Assembly (NCBI GenBank): GCA_042408215.1 | Contig: JAYFMW010000021.1 | Coordinates: 1 to 64,000 of the forward strand | Reading direction: 5' to 3' | Source of the DNA: Microcoleus sp. | Lineage (GTDB): Bacteria; Cyanobacteriota; Cyanobacteriia; Cyanobacteriales; Microcoleaceae | DNA length: 64,000 nt | Shown: one piece after another, positions 50,601 through 59,927 of the stretch | How positions within the stretch are numbered: the stretch's first letter is position 1 | How the letters are laid out: each line of letters opens with the position of its first letter | Translations under genes and position numbers: made by a program | The notes under the pieces: model-generated | What the model was told of the DNA's origin: nothing | Seen by the model: only the letters and a program-made list of their open reading frames with translations | Databases searched by the model: none

Positions 50601-53600
50601 AATATACTTGAATTAAATCGATGATGATATCTATCCGAAAATTATCGACCAAATCTGTTAAAGCATTAGCGAGAGTTGCCTCACTTTCAGGGATTTGCTC
50701 GATCAGTTCCAGTAGGCCACTGTCATCAACGCAAAGTGCTGCTTGGTACAAATCGGCCACCCATTGTATGGGCATTACACTCAAATCCTCGGCGGTCAAA
50801 ATTTTGGGAGGTATCAGGGGGGACACAGAAGTAGATGACTTTTCTTCCTCATAAATATAACGCAATTTTAGGTGATGCGCTATCTTGTCAAAAAGTACGT
50901 CTTCCCGAAAGGGTTTACAGATAAAATCGTCACAACCTGTAGACAAAATTACTTGCTGCTGCTCCTCAAAAGCACTAGCAGTTAGGGCAATAATTATGGT
51001 TTCTTGACCTTGTGGAGTTTGCTTAATCAGCCTTGTAGCCTCATACCCGTCCATGACTGGCATCACCATATCCATCAAGATCAGGTGCGGTTTCCAAGTT
51101 AACTGCAAAGCAATACCTTCTTCACCGTTAGAAGCTTCGCGAATTTCAAATCCCAACGGTTTGAGAAGCTCGATCAACAGTTGGCGGTTTTCGACTATAT
51201 CTTCAACTATCAATATTCGATAAATTTGCTGTCCGGCTTCTAAAGCAATGACTTGTTTGGTGCTAGATTTTTCTGGTTCATCACTTGCTGTTACCAAATT
51301 AACTTGGATATTAAATGTAAAACTTGTGCCTTTACCGACTTGGCTTTCAACAGCAATATCACCTCCCATAATCCGAACGAACTGTTGGCTTATTGGCAAT
51401 CCCAGCCCAGTTCCTTGCATTGATTTGCGGCCTGTTTCTGTTTGCACGAACGGCTTAAATAATGTAGGAATTTCGGATTCAGAAATACCGGGGCCGGTGT
51501 CGGCAATTTCAAAATACAGTTGGGATTTTTCATCTCCTGCTACATGGTTGTCTCCTAGACTTCTGACTCGCAGAGTCACAGTTCCCTGTTGAGTAAATTT
51601 GATGGCATTTCCCAGCAAATTAATTAAAACTTGCCGCAATTTAGCTTCATCTGTTTGAATATATTGTGGCAAATCGCAGTCGAATTCAAAAATTAGCTTT
51701 AAGCCTTTTGAATTAGCTTTGAGTTGCAGCATTTCTTTAAGGCTGTTGAGCAGGTTATAGAGGTTGAAGCGACTTTCATTGAGCGTAATCTGACCAGCTT
51801 CTATTTTAGACATTGACAAAACATCATTGATGAGTTCCAACAAATGTTCGCCGCTGCGGTTGATAATTTCTATATATTCTTTTTGTTCTGGAGTGATGGA
51901 ACTGTTGCGAGCCATAACTTGGGAAAAACCGAGGATGGCGTTGAGAGGCGTGCGGAGTTCGTGACTCATGGAAGCTAGAAATTGGCTTTTGGCACGATTA
52001 GCAACTTCGGCGGTTTCTTTAGATTTCATTAGTTCCATTGACTGTCTTTGAGTGTGAGCGAGCAATTCAGCTTGTTGCAATGCTACTCCTAGCTGCGTGC
52101 CTATATGAACTGCGACGTTGATTTCAGCTTCGCTCCACTGGCGGGGCGCTGAGTTTTGATAGGATGCTAGCAATCCCCAGAGGTTTTCTCCGCATAAAAT
52201 AGGTACAGTAATATAGGCTTTGACTTCAAATCTTTCTAGCAATTGGATATAACAAGAGTCGAATCCTGCTTGGTAAATGTCTTCGACGCAGAGGTAAGCT
52301 GTCCCTCGCCTGTAGGCTCCGCCTTCGGTTTCTTGCAAATATGTATCGTTGACTGTTTGTGAGGTGCTATCGAATTTTTGGACTAGGCAGTTTTCGCTTT
52401 CCACAGTGCCTTCTGCGAAGTAGGGATCGCTTTGCTGTTCTTGGATGAGAGAAATCCATTTACTGTCAACGGATTCGGCGACAAATTCGCCACTCCAATC
52501 AGGATTGAAACGGTAAATGGCGACTCGATCGCACTTCATGGTTTGGCGCAATTCTCGGGTTGTGGCGTGAAAAATATCTCGGATCTCTAAGGTCTGGCGC
52601 ATTCTTTCAATAGTTCTGGCGATCGCTCTTTGCTGCAAAGCACTTTCTTGCAGTGCGGTTTCTGCTTGCTTGCGTTCGGTAATATCTACAGCCATTAAAG
52701 CAATGCCGATCGCTCTACCGTTTTCATTAATTAGCGGATTATTATACCATTCGCAAAGGATAGTTTTACCATTTTTTGTAATAGTTTGATTGGTGGTGCA
52801 ACTGGCCCCAAAATCGGCATTAATCTTGTTGCTTAAAACTTGAGATATTTGCTGGTAGCAGTTTTCTGGAACGAGAAAATCCGGGACATTGCAACCGATC
52901 GCTTCTTGTTGGCTGTAGCCAAAAATTTTGGCAGCAGCAGGATTCCAAGTAATAACTTCTAAATTGAGATTTAATTCAATAATTGCTATGGGGGTTTGCT
53001 GCAATAAAAATGAGATTCTTTGCTGTGATTCTAGCAGTTTATCTTCGGCTAATTTACGGTCTGTGATGTCGTTAGCCGTGCCGAGAATTTGTTGAGGTTT
53101 ACCATCAGTTTGTCTCAGAAATACTGTATCCCAACTGTGCATCCACCGCCATTCGCCGTTTTTGTGTTTCATTCGGTATTGACATTCAATGACATCGCCG
53201 TCTTTGGCTCGCTCCACTTTTTTGACACTTTCCAAAAAGGCTGGCAAATCCTCGGGGTTGAACAGCGTTGGCATCATTGCAGTACCCAGATCTTGTATTT
53301 CTTGGGCGGTGTAGCCCAGCATCGTATAAATTTGGCGGTTGCTGTAGATATTGCGCTGTTCAATTAAATCGTAGACATACAAAAGGTTGGGATTAGCATC
53401 GGCGAGGGCTTGAATGAAATGCTGACTTGATCGGAGTGCGGATTCTGCTAGTTTGCGATCGCTAATATCTCGCGCCACAATGATTACTGATTCTGGCGAA
53501 AGCGGAGAAACTTTAGCGTCGAGCCAAACTTCGCGATCGCCCGCACTAAAGCTATATTCAACATTGATACTTGACTGAGTTTTGAGAACTTGTTGGATAG

Positions 53601-55290
53601 CATCTAATACCAAATCAGCTACAGATTCCGGCAAAAATTCCTGCAGGTTTCTGTTCATCATTTCGCTGAAAGGTTTAACCAAATTCGACGAGCTTGTCGG
53701 GGCGATTTTAATGCAGCGCCCTGCCGCATCTCTAACTAAAACTAAGTCAGTCATCGCGGCAAAAATCGCCCGCAATTCTGCTTCAGATTCTTGCAGAGCT
53801 TGTTCGGCGCGGATGCGGGTGCGAACTTCTGCTTGTAACTGTTGATTTTGTCGATCGAGCTGTTGGCGCCGCTGTTTTTCTCGATCGATCAGTTGGACTT
53901 GGGCGATCGCAATACCTACTTGAGCCGCCACAGCTTCTAAAAGGTCAATTTCATCTTCAGTCCATGAACGGTAGCGATCGCACTGATGCAAGCAGATAGC
54001 GCCGTTTGCGCGGCCTTGGTAGGAAGTGCGAACTGCTAGCATCGATTTCAAACCCACCAGGCGACAAATCGGTTGCACTGCTTGCAAAAGAGGCTCTAAA
54101 TCAACATTATTAGAGGCGATCGCCCGCTCTTGCAGCATCATTTGCACGACATGAGGATTACCCCAAATCGGAACTGATACATTGCGAATTGATTCGCATT
54201 CCGGTTCCAGATACTCTGCCGCCAAAGGAATATCGACTTTAGGGTTAGTAACGTAAGTGTGAATTAAACAGCGATTAACCCGAAATGCCTGACCGATTTG
54301 AGTTGCCGCTGTTTGAAAAATTTGCTCTGGCTGCAAGCTAGAACGCATCTCCTGAGTAATTTTTCCGATTAATAATTCTCGCTGAATTTGCCGTTCTAAG
54401 GCTGCTTTAGCGACCGCAGTTTCTATTTCTGATTTTTTGCGATCGCTGATATCAAAAAGTACGCCGTACCACACAATATCTCCATTATCACGCATTTCAG
54501 GTCGAGCCTTTGATTGCAGCCACTTGACTTTTCCTGACGGCGTAACAATCCGCCATTCGCAGGCAAAAGGTTCTAATGTTTGAGCGCTACTGGCAATTGT
54601 TGTTGACAATAATTGTCGGTCATCGGGATGATTTTGATTGAAGCATAGTTCCGCATTCTTCAATATCTCTTCTAGCTCCAATTCGTAAATATCTTTACAA
54701 GCAGAACTGATATATTCAAAATTTAATTTTCCTGATAAATTATGCACAAATTGATAAATAACTCCCGGTATATTCACCGCCAATTTCTGCAACCTTGCTT
54801 TGCTTTCCCGGAGTGCTTGTTCTGTTTCTTTGCGAACTTCTACCTCTCGTTGCAGTTGTGTATTCTGCTCTTTTAATTGTTTCGATAGCTGTTGAATAGT
54901 CAGTTGACTTTCGATGCGCGCTAAAACTTCTTCCAATTGAAAAGGCTTAGTAATGTAGTCAACGCCCCCGACTTCAAAAGCTTTGACTTTATGAAAAGTT
55001 TCATTGAACACGCTCAAGAAAATTACCGGAATCTCGCGGGTATTCTCGTTGGCTTTCAGTCTTTGGCAGACTTCATAGCCGTTCATTCTCGGCATCGCAA
55101 CCTCAAGTAAAATCAAGTCTGGTAAACAAGAAAAATTAGCATTTACTGCCATTTCTCCAGAAATATAACACTGAACTTTATACCCCTCTTGCGTCAATAT
55201 ATTTGAGAGAAACCTGAGATTGTTGGGTTGGTCGTCAATAATTAAAATATGGATACTTTCTTTGTTGATTACCATCTTTGATTCTGCCAT
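50566..55290 (-). CDS. Hybrid histidine kinase REC-PAS-GAF-PAS-PAS-PAS-GAF(cyanobacteriochrome)-HK-REC
   Basis: SHELRTPLN H-box. CBCR GAF: DRVAIYRFNPDWSGEFVAES...DTYLQET...DIYQAGFDSCYIQLL. C-terminal receiver LMDMVMP. Confidence 0.92.
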   Translation of the reverse strand: MAESKMVINKESIHILIIDDQPNNLRFLSNILTQEGYKVQCYISGEMAVNANFSCLPDLILLEVAMPRMNGYEVCQRLKANENTREIPVIFLSVFNETFHKVKAFEVGGVDYITKPFQLEEVLARIESQLTIQQLSKQLKEQNTQLQREVEVRKETEQALRESKARLQKLAVNIPGVIYQFVHNLSGKLNFEYISSACKDIYELELEEILKNAELCFNQNHPDDRQLLSTTIASSAQTLEPFACEWRIVTPSGKVKWLQSKARPEMRDNGDIVWYGVLFDISDRKKSEIETAVAKAALERQIQRELLIGKITQEMRSSLQPEQIFQTAATQIGQAFRVNRCLIHTYVTNPKVDIPLAAEYLEPECESIRNVSVPIWGNPHVVQMMLQERAIASNNVDLEPLLQAVQPICRLVGLKSMLAVRTSYQGRANGAICLHQCDRYRSWTEDEIDLLEAVAAQVGIAIAQVQLIDREKQRRQQLDRQNQQLQAEVRTRIRAEQALQESEAELRAIFAAMTDLVLVRDAAGRCIKIAPTSSSNLVKPFSEMMNRNLQEFLPESVADLVLDAIQQVLKTQSSINVEYSFSAGDREVWLDAKVSPLSPESVIIVARDISDRKLAESALRSSQHFIQALADANPNLLYVYDLIEQRNIYSNRQIYTMLGYTAQEIQDLGTAMMPTLFNPEDLPAFLESVKKVERAKDGDVIECQYRMKHKNGEWRWMHSWDTVFLRQTDGKPQQILGTANDITDRKLAEDKLLESQQRISFLLQQTPIAIIELNLNLEVITWNPAAAKIFGYSQQEAIGCNVPDFLVPENCYQQISQVLSNKINADFGASCTTNQTITKNGKTILCEWYNNPLINENGRAIGIALMAVDITERKQAETALQESALQQRAIARTIERMRQTLEIRDIFHATTRELRQTMKCDRVAIYRFNPDWSGEFVAESVDSKWISLIQEQQSDPYFAEGTVESENCLVQKFDSTSQTVNDTYLQETEGGAYRRGTAYLCVEDIYQAGFDSCYIQLLERFEVKAYITVPILCGENLWGLLASYQNSAPRQWSEAEINVAVHIGTQLGVALQQAELLAHTQRQSMELMKSKETAEVANRAKSQFLASMSHELRTPLNAILGFSQVMARNSSITPEQKEYIEIINRSGEHLLELINDVLSMSKIEAGQITLNESRFNLYNLLNSLKEMLQLKANSKGLKLIFEFDCDLPQYIQTDEAKLRQVLINLLGNAIKFTQQGTVTLRVRSLGDNHVAGDEKSQLYFEIADTGPGISESEIPTLFKPFVQTETGRKSMQGTGLGLPISQQFVRIMGGDIAVESQVGKGTSFTFNIQVNLVTASDEPEKSSTKQVIALEAGQQIYRILIVEDIVENRQLLIELLKPLGFEIREASNGEEGIALQLTWKPHLILMDMVMPVMDGYEATRLIKQTPQGQETIIIALTASAFEEQQQVILSTGCDDFICKPFREDVLFDKIAHHLKLRYIYEEEKSSTSVSPLIPPKILTAEDLSVMPIQWVADLYQAALCVDDSGLLELIEQIPESEATLANALTDLVDNFRIDIIIDLIQVYYDERPSTASDL

Positions 55291-55501
55291 TTTTAATTTT
55301 CTAGTTTGAGCTGCGGAGTCATCATTTAGTTAATCGGGATATTCCCTACAAGGGACGATTATTCAGGGAGTTTTTGCTGACAGCATTAATCAGGCCAAAT
55401 CAAAATTTTTTGTAGACTGTAGGGCTGGGTTTTAGCAAAGATATTTACAGGTAACTAAGGCGATCGATAAAACCGCCGTAATCCAGGTAATATCAACTCT
55501 T

Positions 55502-56017
55502 TTATTGGGGACGTTGGGCTAGCAATTCCTGAAGTTTCGCAAAATTTTCATGACTGAGGGCAATTTTTATTTCAAGTTCTTGTTCAGCATCCCACAGCAG
55601 TAAAATATTATTTTCACCCAAGGCGATTTCGGGATTATTCAAGTCAAGTGTTTGATATTTAACTGCGGGGATTCCGATGCGAATTACCAGTTCTGATTCC
55701 AACTGAGGATAGACGTACAATTGCTGTTGCAAGTTATCGAGTTCCAGTTTATGAACGGTGGTATTCCGTTCCACAGAAGAATCAGGTTTGTACCAATAGA
55801 GAGTGTCAGAGCTTATGTCGGGGTTGACTATGACAAATTTTTCGTCAAAACGCTGGGGCTGCCAGTGGATTTCGCTCTCACCGCCAAGGGGAATCAGTCG
55901 CTCCACCCAGGTGATTTCTTTACCGTTGAGGTTGGCCCACCACTGACGGATTCGATCGAGAATCTCGGCATTTTCTGGATCGTTGCTGCCCGACTCCCAC
56001 ACTATTTTTAGCTGCAT
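55502..56017 (-). CDS. Hypothetical protein
   Basis: Globular ORF from ATG 56017. The upstream extension is STRR-derived. Confidence 0.65.
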   Translation of the reverse strand: MQLKIVWESGSNDPENAEILDRIRQWWANLNGKEITWVERLIPLGGESEIHWQPQRFDEKFVIVNPDISSDTLYWYKPDSSVERNTTVHKLELDNLQQQLYVYPQLESELVIRIGIPAVKYQTLDLNNPEIALGENNILLLWDAEQELEIKIALSHENFAKLQELLAQRPQ

Positions 56018-56084
56018 ATACAGGTTCTCCGGTGATTTTAAATTTGAGATTTGAGATGGAGATTGGAGACTCATTCCTACTAAT

Positions 56085-56228
56085 ACCAGTTTTTTATGAG
56101 GCTGCATAGAATCTGATCCCCCCTAACCCCCCTTAATAAGGGGGGAACAAGATTCTGCTCAAAGTCCCCCTTATTAAGGGGGATTTAGGGGGATCGAGAT
56201 CTATGCAACGACCCATTAAATTGGTATA
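56085..56228. repeat. Nested palindromic repeat: GATCCCCCCTAACCCCCCTT...AAGGGGGATTTAGGGGGATC inside TATACCA..TGCATAGA / TCTATGCA..TGGTATA-like arms
   Basis: The core matches the interior of the MITEs at 35.5 and 40 kb. Confidence 0.75.
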
Positions 56229-56373
56229 AAATAGTGTAAATGGACTTACCAATTGTCTACCACCAAGATTACGTTGCACCCCTCCCCTCCGGTCACCGCT
56301 TCCCGATGGCAAAGTTTCAACTGCTTTACCAGATGCTGCTCGCGGAGGGGGTAGCAGATCGATCGGTACGCCT

Positions 56374-57711
56374 CTAATCGTTTAAAAACTCGACATTGGT
56401 GGACAAAGAGGCATAACTGTAACCATCAAAGCGGTGAACCGCGCGGCAGTGCTTCCAACGAATACTCTGCAAGCGCACATGAGCCACAGTCAAATCAAAT
56501 GCACCGGATTTTCTGACGGTGACTTTACCAACGTGAGTACCAGCGTGTTTCCCAGTAGGAACAATAGCTTTAACCATGTCGCCCGTTTGAAAACCAAAGT
56601 AATTTTTCTGTCGCTCACGTTTGATTAGCTTACCTTCCTTACCACGCTTAGGAAAGCCAAATTTGTCAACTTGACACATTTGACGATTTCCATAACCAAC
56701 AGCCCTTATTGACAGCGGCACTACCCCTGAAACTTTTAGTTTGAGGGGTGTAGATGCCCCAACACAGGCAGCATCCAGCCAGTGAGTTTTAGGTAGGTTT
56801 TGACGACATCGGTTAAACTTTGTCCGCCCACCAGTCCCAACTTCCACGGATAATCCAGTCTCTTTGAGTCGATTAAATAATGCCCAACGGGTAGAATTAA
56901 CGGCAGCAGTGTCGGCTTTCTGTTGTTTTACTTGTCTCAGAATGCGCTGTAACAAGTCAGGTTTTTGGGCTAAAAATTCTCTGAGAGCTTGACGGCCTTT
57001 TTTTTGGTTGCAATTCCTACAAGCAATGCCTAAATTACTAATTCTATTTGAACCACCTTTAGACTTCGGTAAAAGATGCTCAATCTCCAAACGAGTATCT
57101 TTAGCCCCACAGTACATACAGGTATGATTGAATTTGAAAAGCAGAAATTCTCGCACTTCGTAACCAGCTAACTCACCTTGTTGGTATGCGACTCCACTGA
57201 TGTCTGGATTCTCCATGAGTTGAGTGTCAAACTTGACTAATTCCTGAGAAATATCAGAAATCAACGCTAGCTTTTGTAACCTACGAACCCAAGTTACGAT
57301 ATTCTCAACTCGGCTTTGCAGACTGGGTGGGAGCCACCCTGTAGGGCGTTTCCGGTTATCAAAGCGTGGTTGACGATACCGAGTTTTTCGATGGCGTCTT
57401 CCTCTTCTTAACTGGCGGCGTTTGGTTAAAGCATCGCGAATTTGAAAGCCTCTATGTTCTAGTTCGGCGGCCCAAACTACTTCTCCTGTTGCATCATCTA
57501 CCAGTGCTAAGCCAGTCAATTTAGCACCAGGATCTATTTTTAATCGCCAGGGTGCAATTTGGGGATTTGGTAGAACATCTTTCAGGATGATGGTGAACGG
57601 GTAACGTTTCCAGACAGCGGCTTTGCCCTCTTGAAGCAGCATCCTGGCTCGGCCTGGATGGATAGGATTTAGAGGATTTTTGTTGGTGTCTACAACGAAT
57701 ATTTTGCTCAT
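56374..57711 (-). CDS. iscB: RNA-guided endonuclease IscB
   Basis: PLNP (PLMP-like), RuvC-I KIDPG, Arg-rich bridge helix, RuvC-II QELVKFD, HNH CMYC..EHLLPKSKGGSN..CRNCN, RuvC-III HWLDAAC; GGAGG RBS. Confidence 0.95.
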   Translation of the reverse strand: MSKIFVVDTNKNPLNPIHPGRARMLLQEGKAAVWKRYPFTIILKDVLPNPQIAPWRLKIDPGAKLTGLALVDDATGEVVWAAELEHRGFQIRDALTKRRQLRRGRRHRKTRYRQPRFDNRKRPTGWLPPSLQSRVENIVTWVRRLQKLALISDISQELVKFDTQLMENPDISGVAYQQGELAGYEVREFLLFKFNHTCMYCGAKDTRLEIEHLLPKSKGGSNRISNLGIACRNCNQKKGRQALREFLAQKPDLLQRILRQVKQQKADTAAVNSTRWALFNRLKETGLSVEVGTGGRTKFNRCRQNLPKTHWLDAACVGASTPLKLKVSGVVPLSIRAVGYGNRQMCQVDKFGFPKRGKEGKLIKRERQKNYFGFQTGDMVKAIVPTGKHAGTHVGKVTVRKSGAFDLTVAHVRLQSIRWKHCRAVHRFDGYSYASLSTNVEFLND

Positions 57712-57724
57712 ATTGAGCCTCCGA

Positions 57725-57950
57725 ATAATCGGGTGATTTTTGCCTTGGTAATGTTAAGAGGGCTTGTCAGACTAGCAGCACTTCCTTAGCGAAATAAAGA
57801 TGTTTAACTGGTAGCGACAGAGCAAGGAGCTGGCAAGCACTCACAGGGTGTCGTGACCTTCTTAACGTAGTCTGTGGTTAGACTTAACCGGGCTATCTCT
57901 ACCAAGGATTTCTCTGGATTGTCCAGGTTTGTCCAGTGGTTCGCGGATAG
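57725..57950 (-). ncRNA. HEARO / IscB omega-RNA scaffold
   Basis: About 230-nt leader upstream of iscB with a (G)CTATC/GATAGC first stem and HEARO-like blocks CTACGTT, ACACC, TGC..CCAGC..GCTCT, GTTAAACA, AACATT..AGGC. Confidence 0.85.
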
Positions 57951-58482
57951 CAATTTCACACTCCCGAACTTCCTCCCCAAGCATGGATTGAGTTAGTCCA
58001 CGACGACCACTACGTTCAAGCTTACTGCAACGGCACCCTCGATGCCAAAGCTCAGCGACGAATTGGTCTCCCTTGGAGTCCGGCCCTGGTGAACCGCACT
58101 TGCACGGCCCTCGCAGGTACTGCGATCGCAGCTAGACTCGCTTTAGAATCCGGTTTAGCCTGCAATACAGCCGGCGGAACTCATCATGCCTTCCCGAATT
58201 ATGGGTCTGGTTTTTGTATTTTTAACGATTTGGCGATCGCCTCTCGTGTCCTCCAACAATTGGGTTTAGTTCGTCAAGTCTTAATTGTCGATTTAGCTCA
58301 ATAGACGGGAATCCCCACACTAGACCGATCGAAGGTTAGTGTGGGATGAGAGTCGCCCATATCTGGATGACGAGACGAGCAATTTTCATTCTACTTATTA
58401 TTGTAACACCATAATTATTGGTTCCTCAAATATCTAATGTCGAAAATTTCTAGATCTTTATGGATAATATGAGTTCATGTAC

Positions 58483-58511
58483 TTGACCGAGAATAACATA
58501 TCTGATAGAGT
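58483..58511 (+). promoter_or_regulatory. Putative tnpB promoter
   Basis: TTGACC, 17-nt spacer, TAGAGT, with a TGn extension; 33 nt upstream of the ATG. Confidence 0.5.
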
Positions 58512-58544
58512 AATACTAATAGGTGCGACTTTAACTGTGACCCA

Positions 58545-59927
58545 ATGAAAACAACATATCAGTACCAGTTTTATCCAAATACCAATCAAAAGTTAGCCCT
58601 AAACCAGTGGCTCAGAATTTGCCGTTATTGGTATAATCGCCAATTGGGAGATCGCTTGGATTGGTGGGATAACAACCGCACTGCTGTAAATGCTTGTCCA
58701 TCGATCGCCAGTATTTCCCATCCCAGAGAAAAGCCTAACTACTATTCGCAAAAACAACAATTACCCCTCCTCAAAAAAGACTTGGTAAAGGTTTTTCATA
58801 GTGGGGAGTTGTTGGACTTTAAACAGGTAGATTCAACCCTACTCCAAGATGTTTGTAAGCGAGGAGATAAAGCTTTCGAGCGATTTATCGTAGGCGATAG
58901 TCAGGGTAAAAAATCGGGCAAACCCCGATTCAAAACTGAAGCCGATTACCGGACGATGACTTTCGCCACTGCGAGTAATGATTGGATTAAACGGATTCGC
59001 AAGAGTTGGATATATATTCGATTACCGAAACTGGGGGTTGTGAAAGTTCGGATGCACCGCCCAATCCCTTATGGATTTACCATCAAGCAAGCTAGTGTTA
59101 CGAAAAAAGCTGATGGTTGGTTCATTCAGTTAATACTCGAAGACATCTCTGTACCTCAATTCACACCTGATAAAGTTATTCCCACTTGGGATAACTCAAT
59201 CGGTTTGGATGCGGTGTTACATGAAGATGTCTATCTGGCTACTTCCGAAGGTGAAAAACTACCTTGTTTGAAGCCACTTCGCAAGAATAAAGCGAAACTA
59301 GACCGTATTTCTCAGAAACGAAATAAACGGAAACGAGGTTCTAAATCTCGACGTAAATTGGCCAAAAAAGAAGCTATTCGACATCAAAAGATTGCTCGGT
59401 CTCGTAAAGACTTCCATTATAAAACCGCTCATAAGTTGATCGAGACAGGAGCCAAATTTTTCTTTTATGAAGAACTCAATCTTAAAGGCTTAACCAAGAG
59501 AAATAAAGTTAAGCAAGATGATAATGCGAATTATCTTCCCAATGGTCAATCAGCTAAATCAGGGTTGAATAAATCTTGGTTGGATGCTGCATTTGGTCAA
59601 TTTTTCCTGACGCTGGAATACATAGCCGCCAAAGCTGGATCAGTCGTCGTTTCACAAAAACCTGCTTATACCTCAATGGTTCTCTGTTATCGGAATGAAA
59701 TTATTTTCACTGATTGTAGTATGAGAGACTATTGGGACGAGCAAAATTCTTTGATGGTAGATCGTGATATTAATGCTGCGATCAACCTAAAAAGACTGGG
59801 GTTGGACATTTTCCCCAGTATAAAACGCTGTAGTGGGAATCTTTCTATAGTAGGAACTATGGATAAAAGTACCACAAAGGAAATTTTGTATACCCTTAAT
59901 CGGGCTACAAAGAAGCCCACGTCATAG
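58545..59927 (+). CDS. tnpB: RNA-guided endonuclease TnpB
   Basis: YQYQFYP HTH-OrfB, GKPRFK, RuvC-I IGLD, RuvC-II YEELNL, KSGLNKSWLDA, RuvC-III DRDINAAINL. Confidence 0.93.
   Translation: MKTTYQYQFYPNTNQKLALNQWLRICRYWYNRQLGDRLDWWDNNRTAVNACPSIASISHPREKPNYYSQKQQLPLLKKDLVKVFHSGELLDFKQVDSTLLQDVCKRGDKAFERFIVGDSQGKKSGKPRFKTEADYRTMTFATASNDWIKRIRKSWIYIRLPKLGVVKVRMHRPIPYGFTIKQASVTKKADGWFIQLILEDISVPQFTPDKVIPTWDNSIGLDAVLHEDVYLATSEGEKLPCLKPLRKNKAKLDRISQKRNKRKRGSKSRRKLAKKEAIRHQKIARSRKDFHYKTAHKLIETGAKFFFYEELNLKGLTKRNKVKQDDNANYLPNGQSAKSGLNKSWLDAAFGQFFLTLEYIAAKAGSVVVSQKPAYTSMVLCYRNEIIFTDCSMRDYWDEQNSLMVDRDINAAINLKRLGLDIFPSIKRCSGNLSIVGTMDKSTTKEILYTLNRATKKPTS

Larger units (their letters stand above)
56366..57950 (-). 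mobile_element. IscB/HEARO insertion element, no transposase
   Basis: Boundaries are defined by in-frame rejoining of HDAC (GATCGATCG|CAATTT). One-base G ambiguity; no target duplication. Confidence 0.9.

Noticed and set aside
58089..58304. Independent small genes at 58089-58304 and 59942-60289
   Set aside because: Both are fragments of the interrupted HDAC gene.
58297..58544. IStron (group I intron) that would splice tnpB out of the HDAC mRNA
   Set aside because: There are only ~250 nt upstream of tnpB, with no recognisable group I core. The HDAC also lacks its catalytic segment and carries an antisense IscB insertion.
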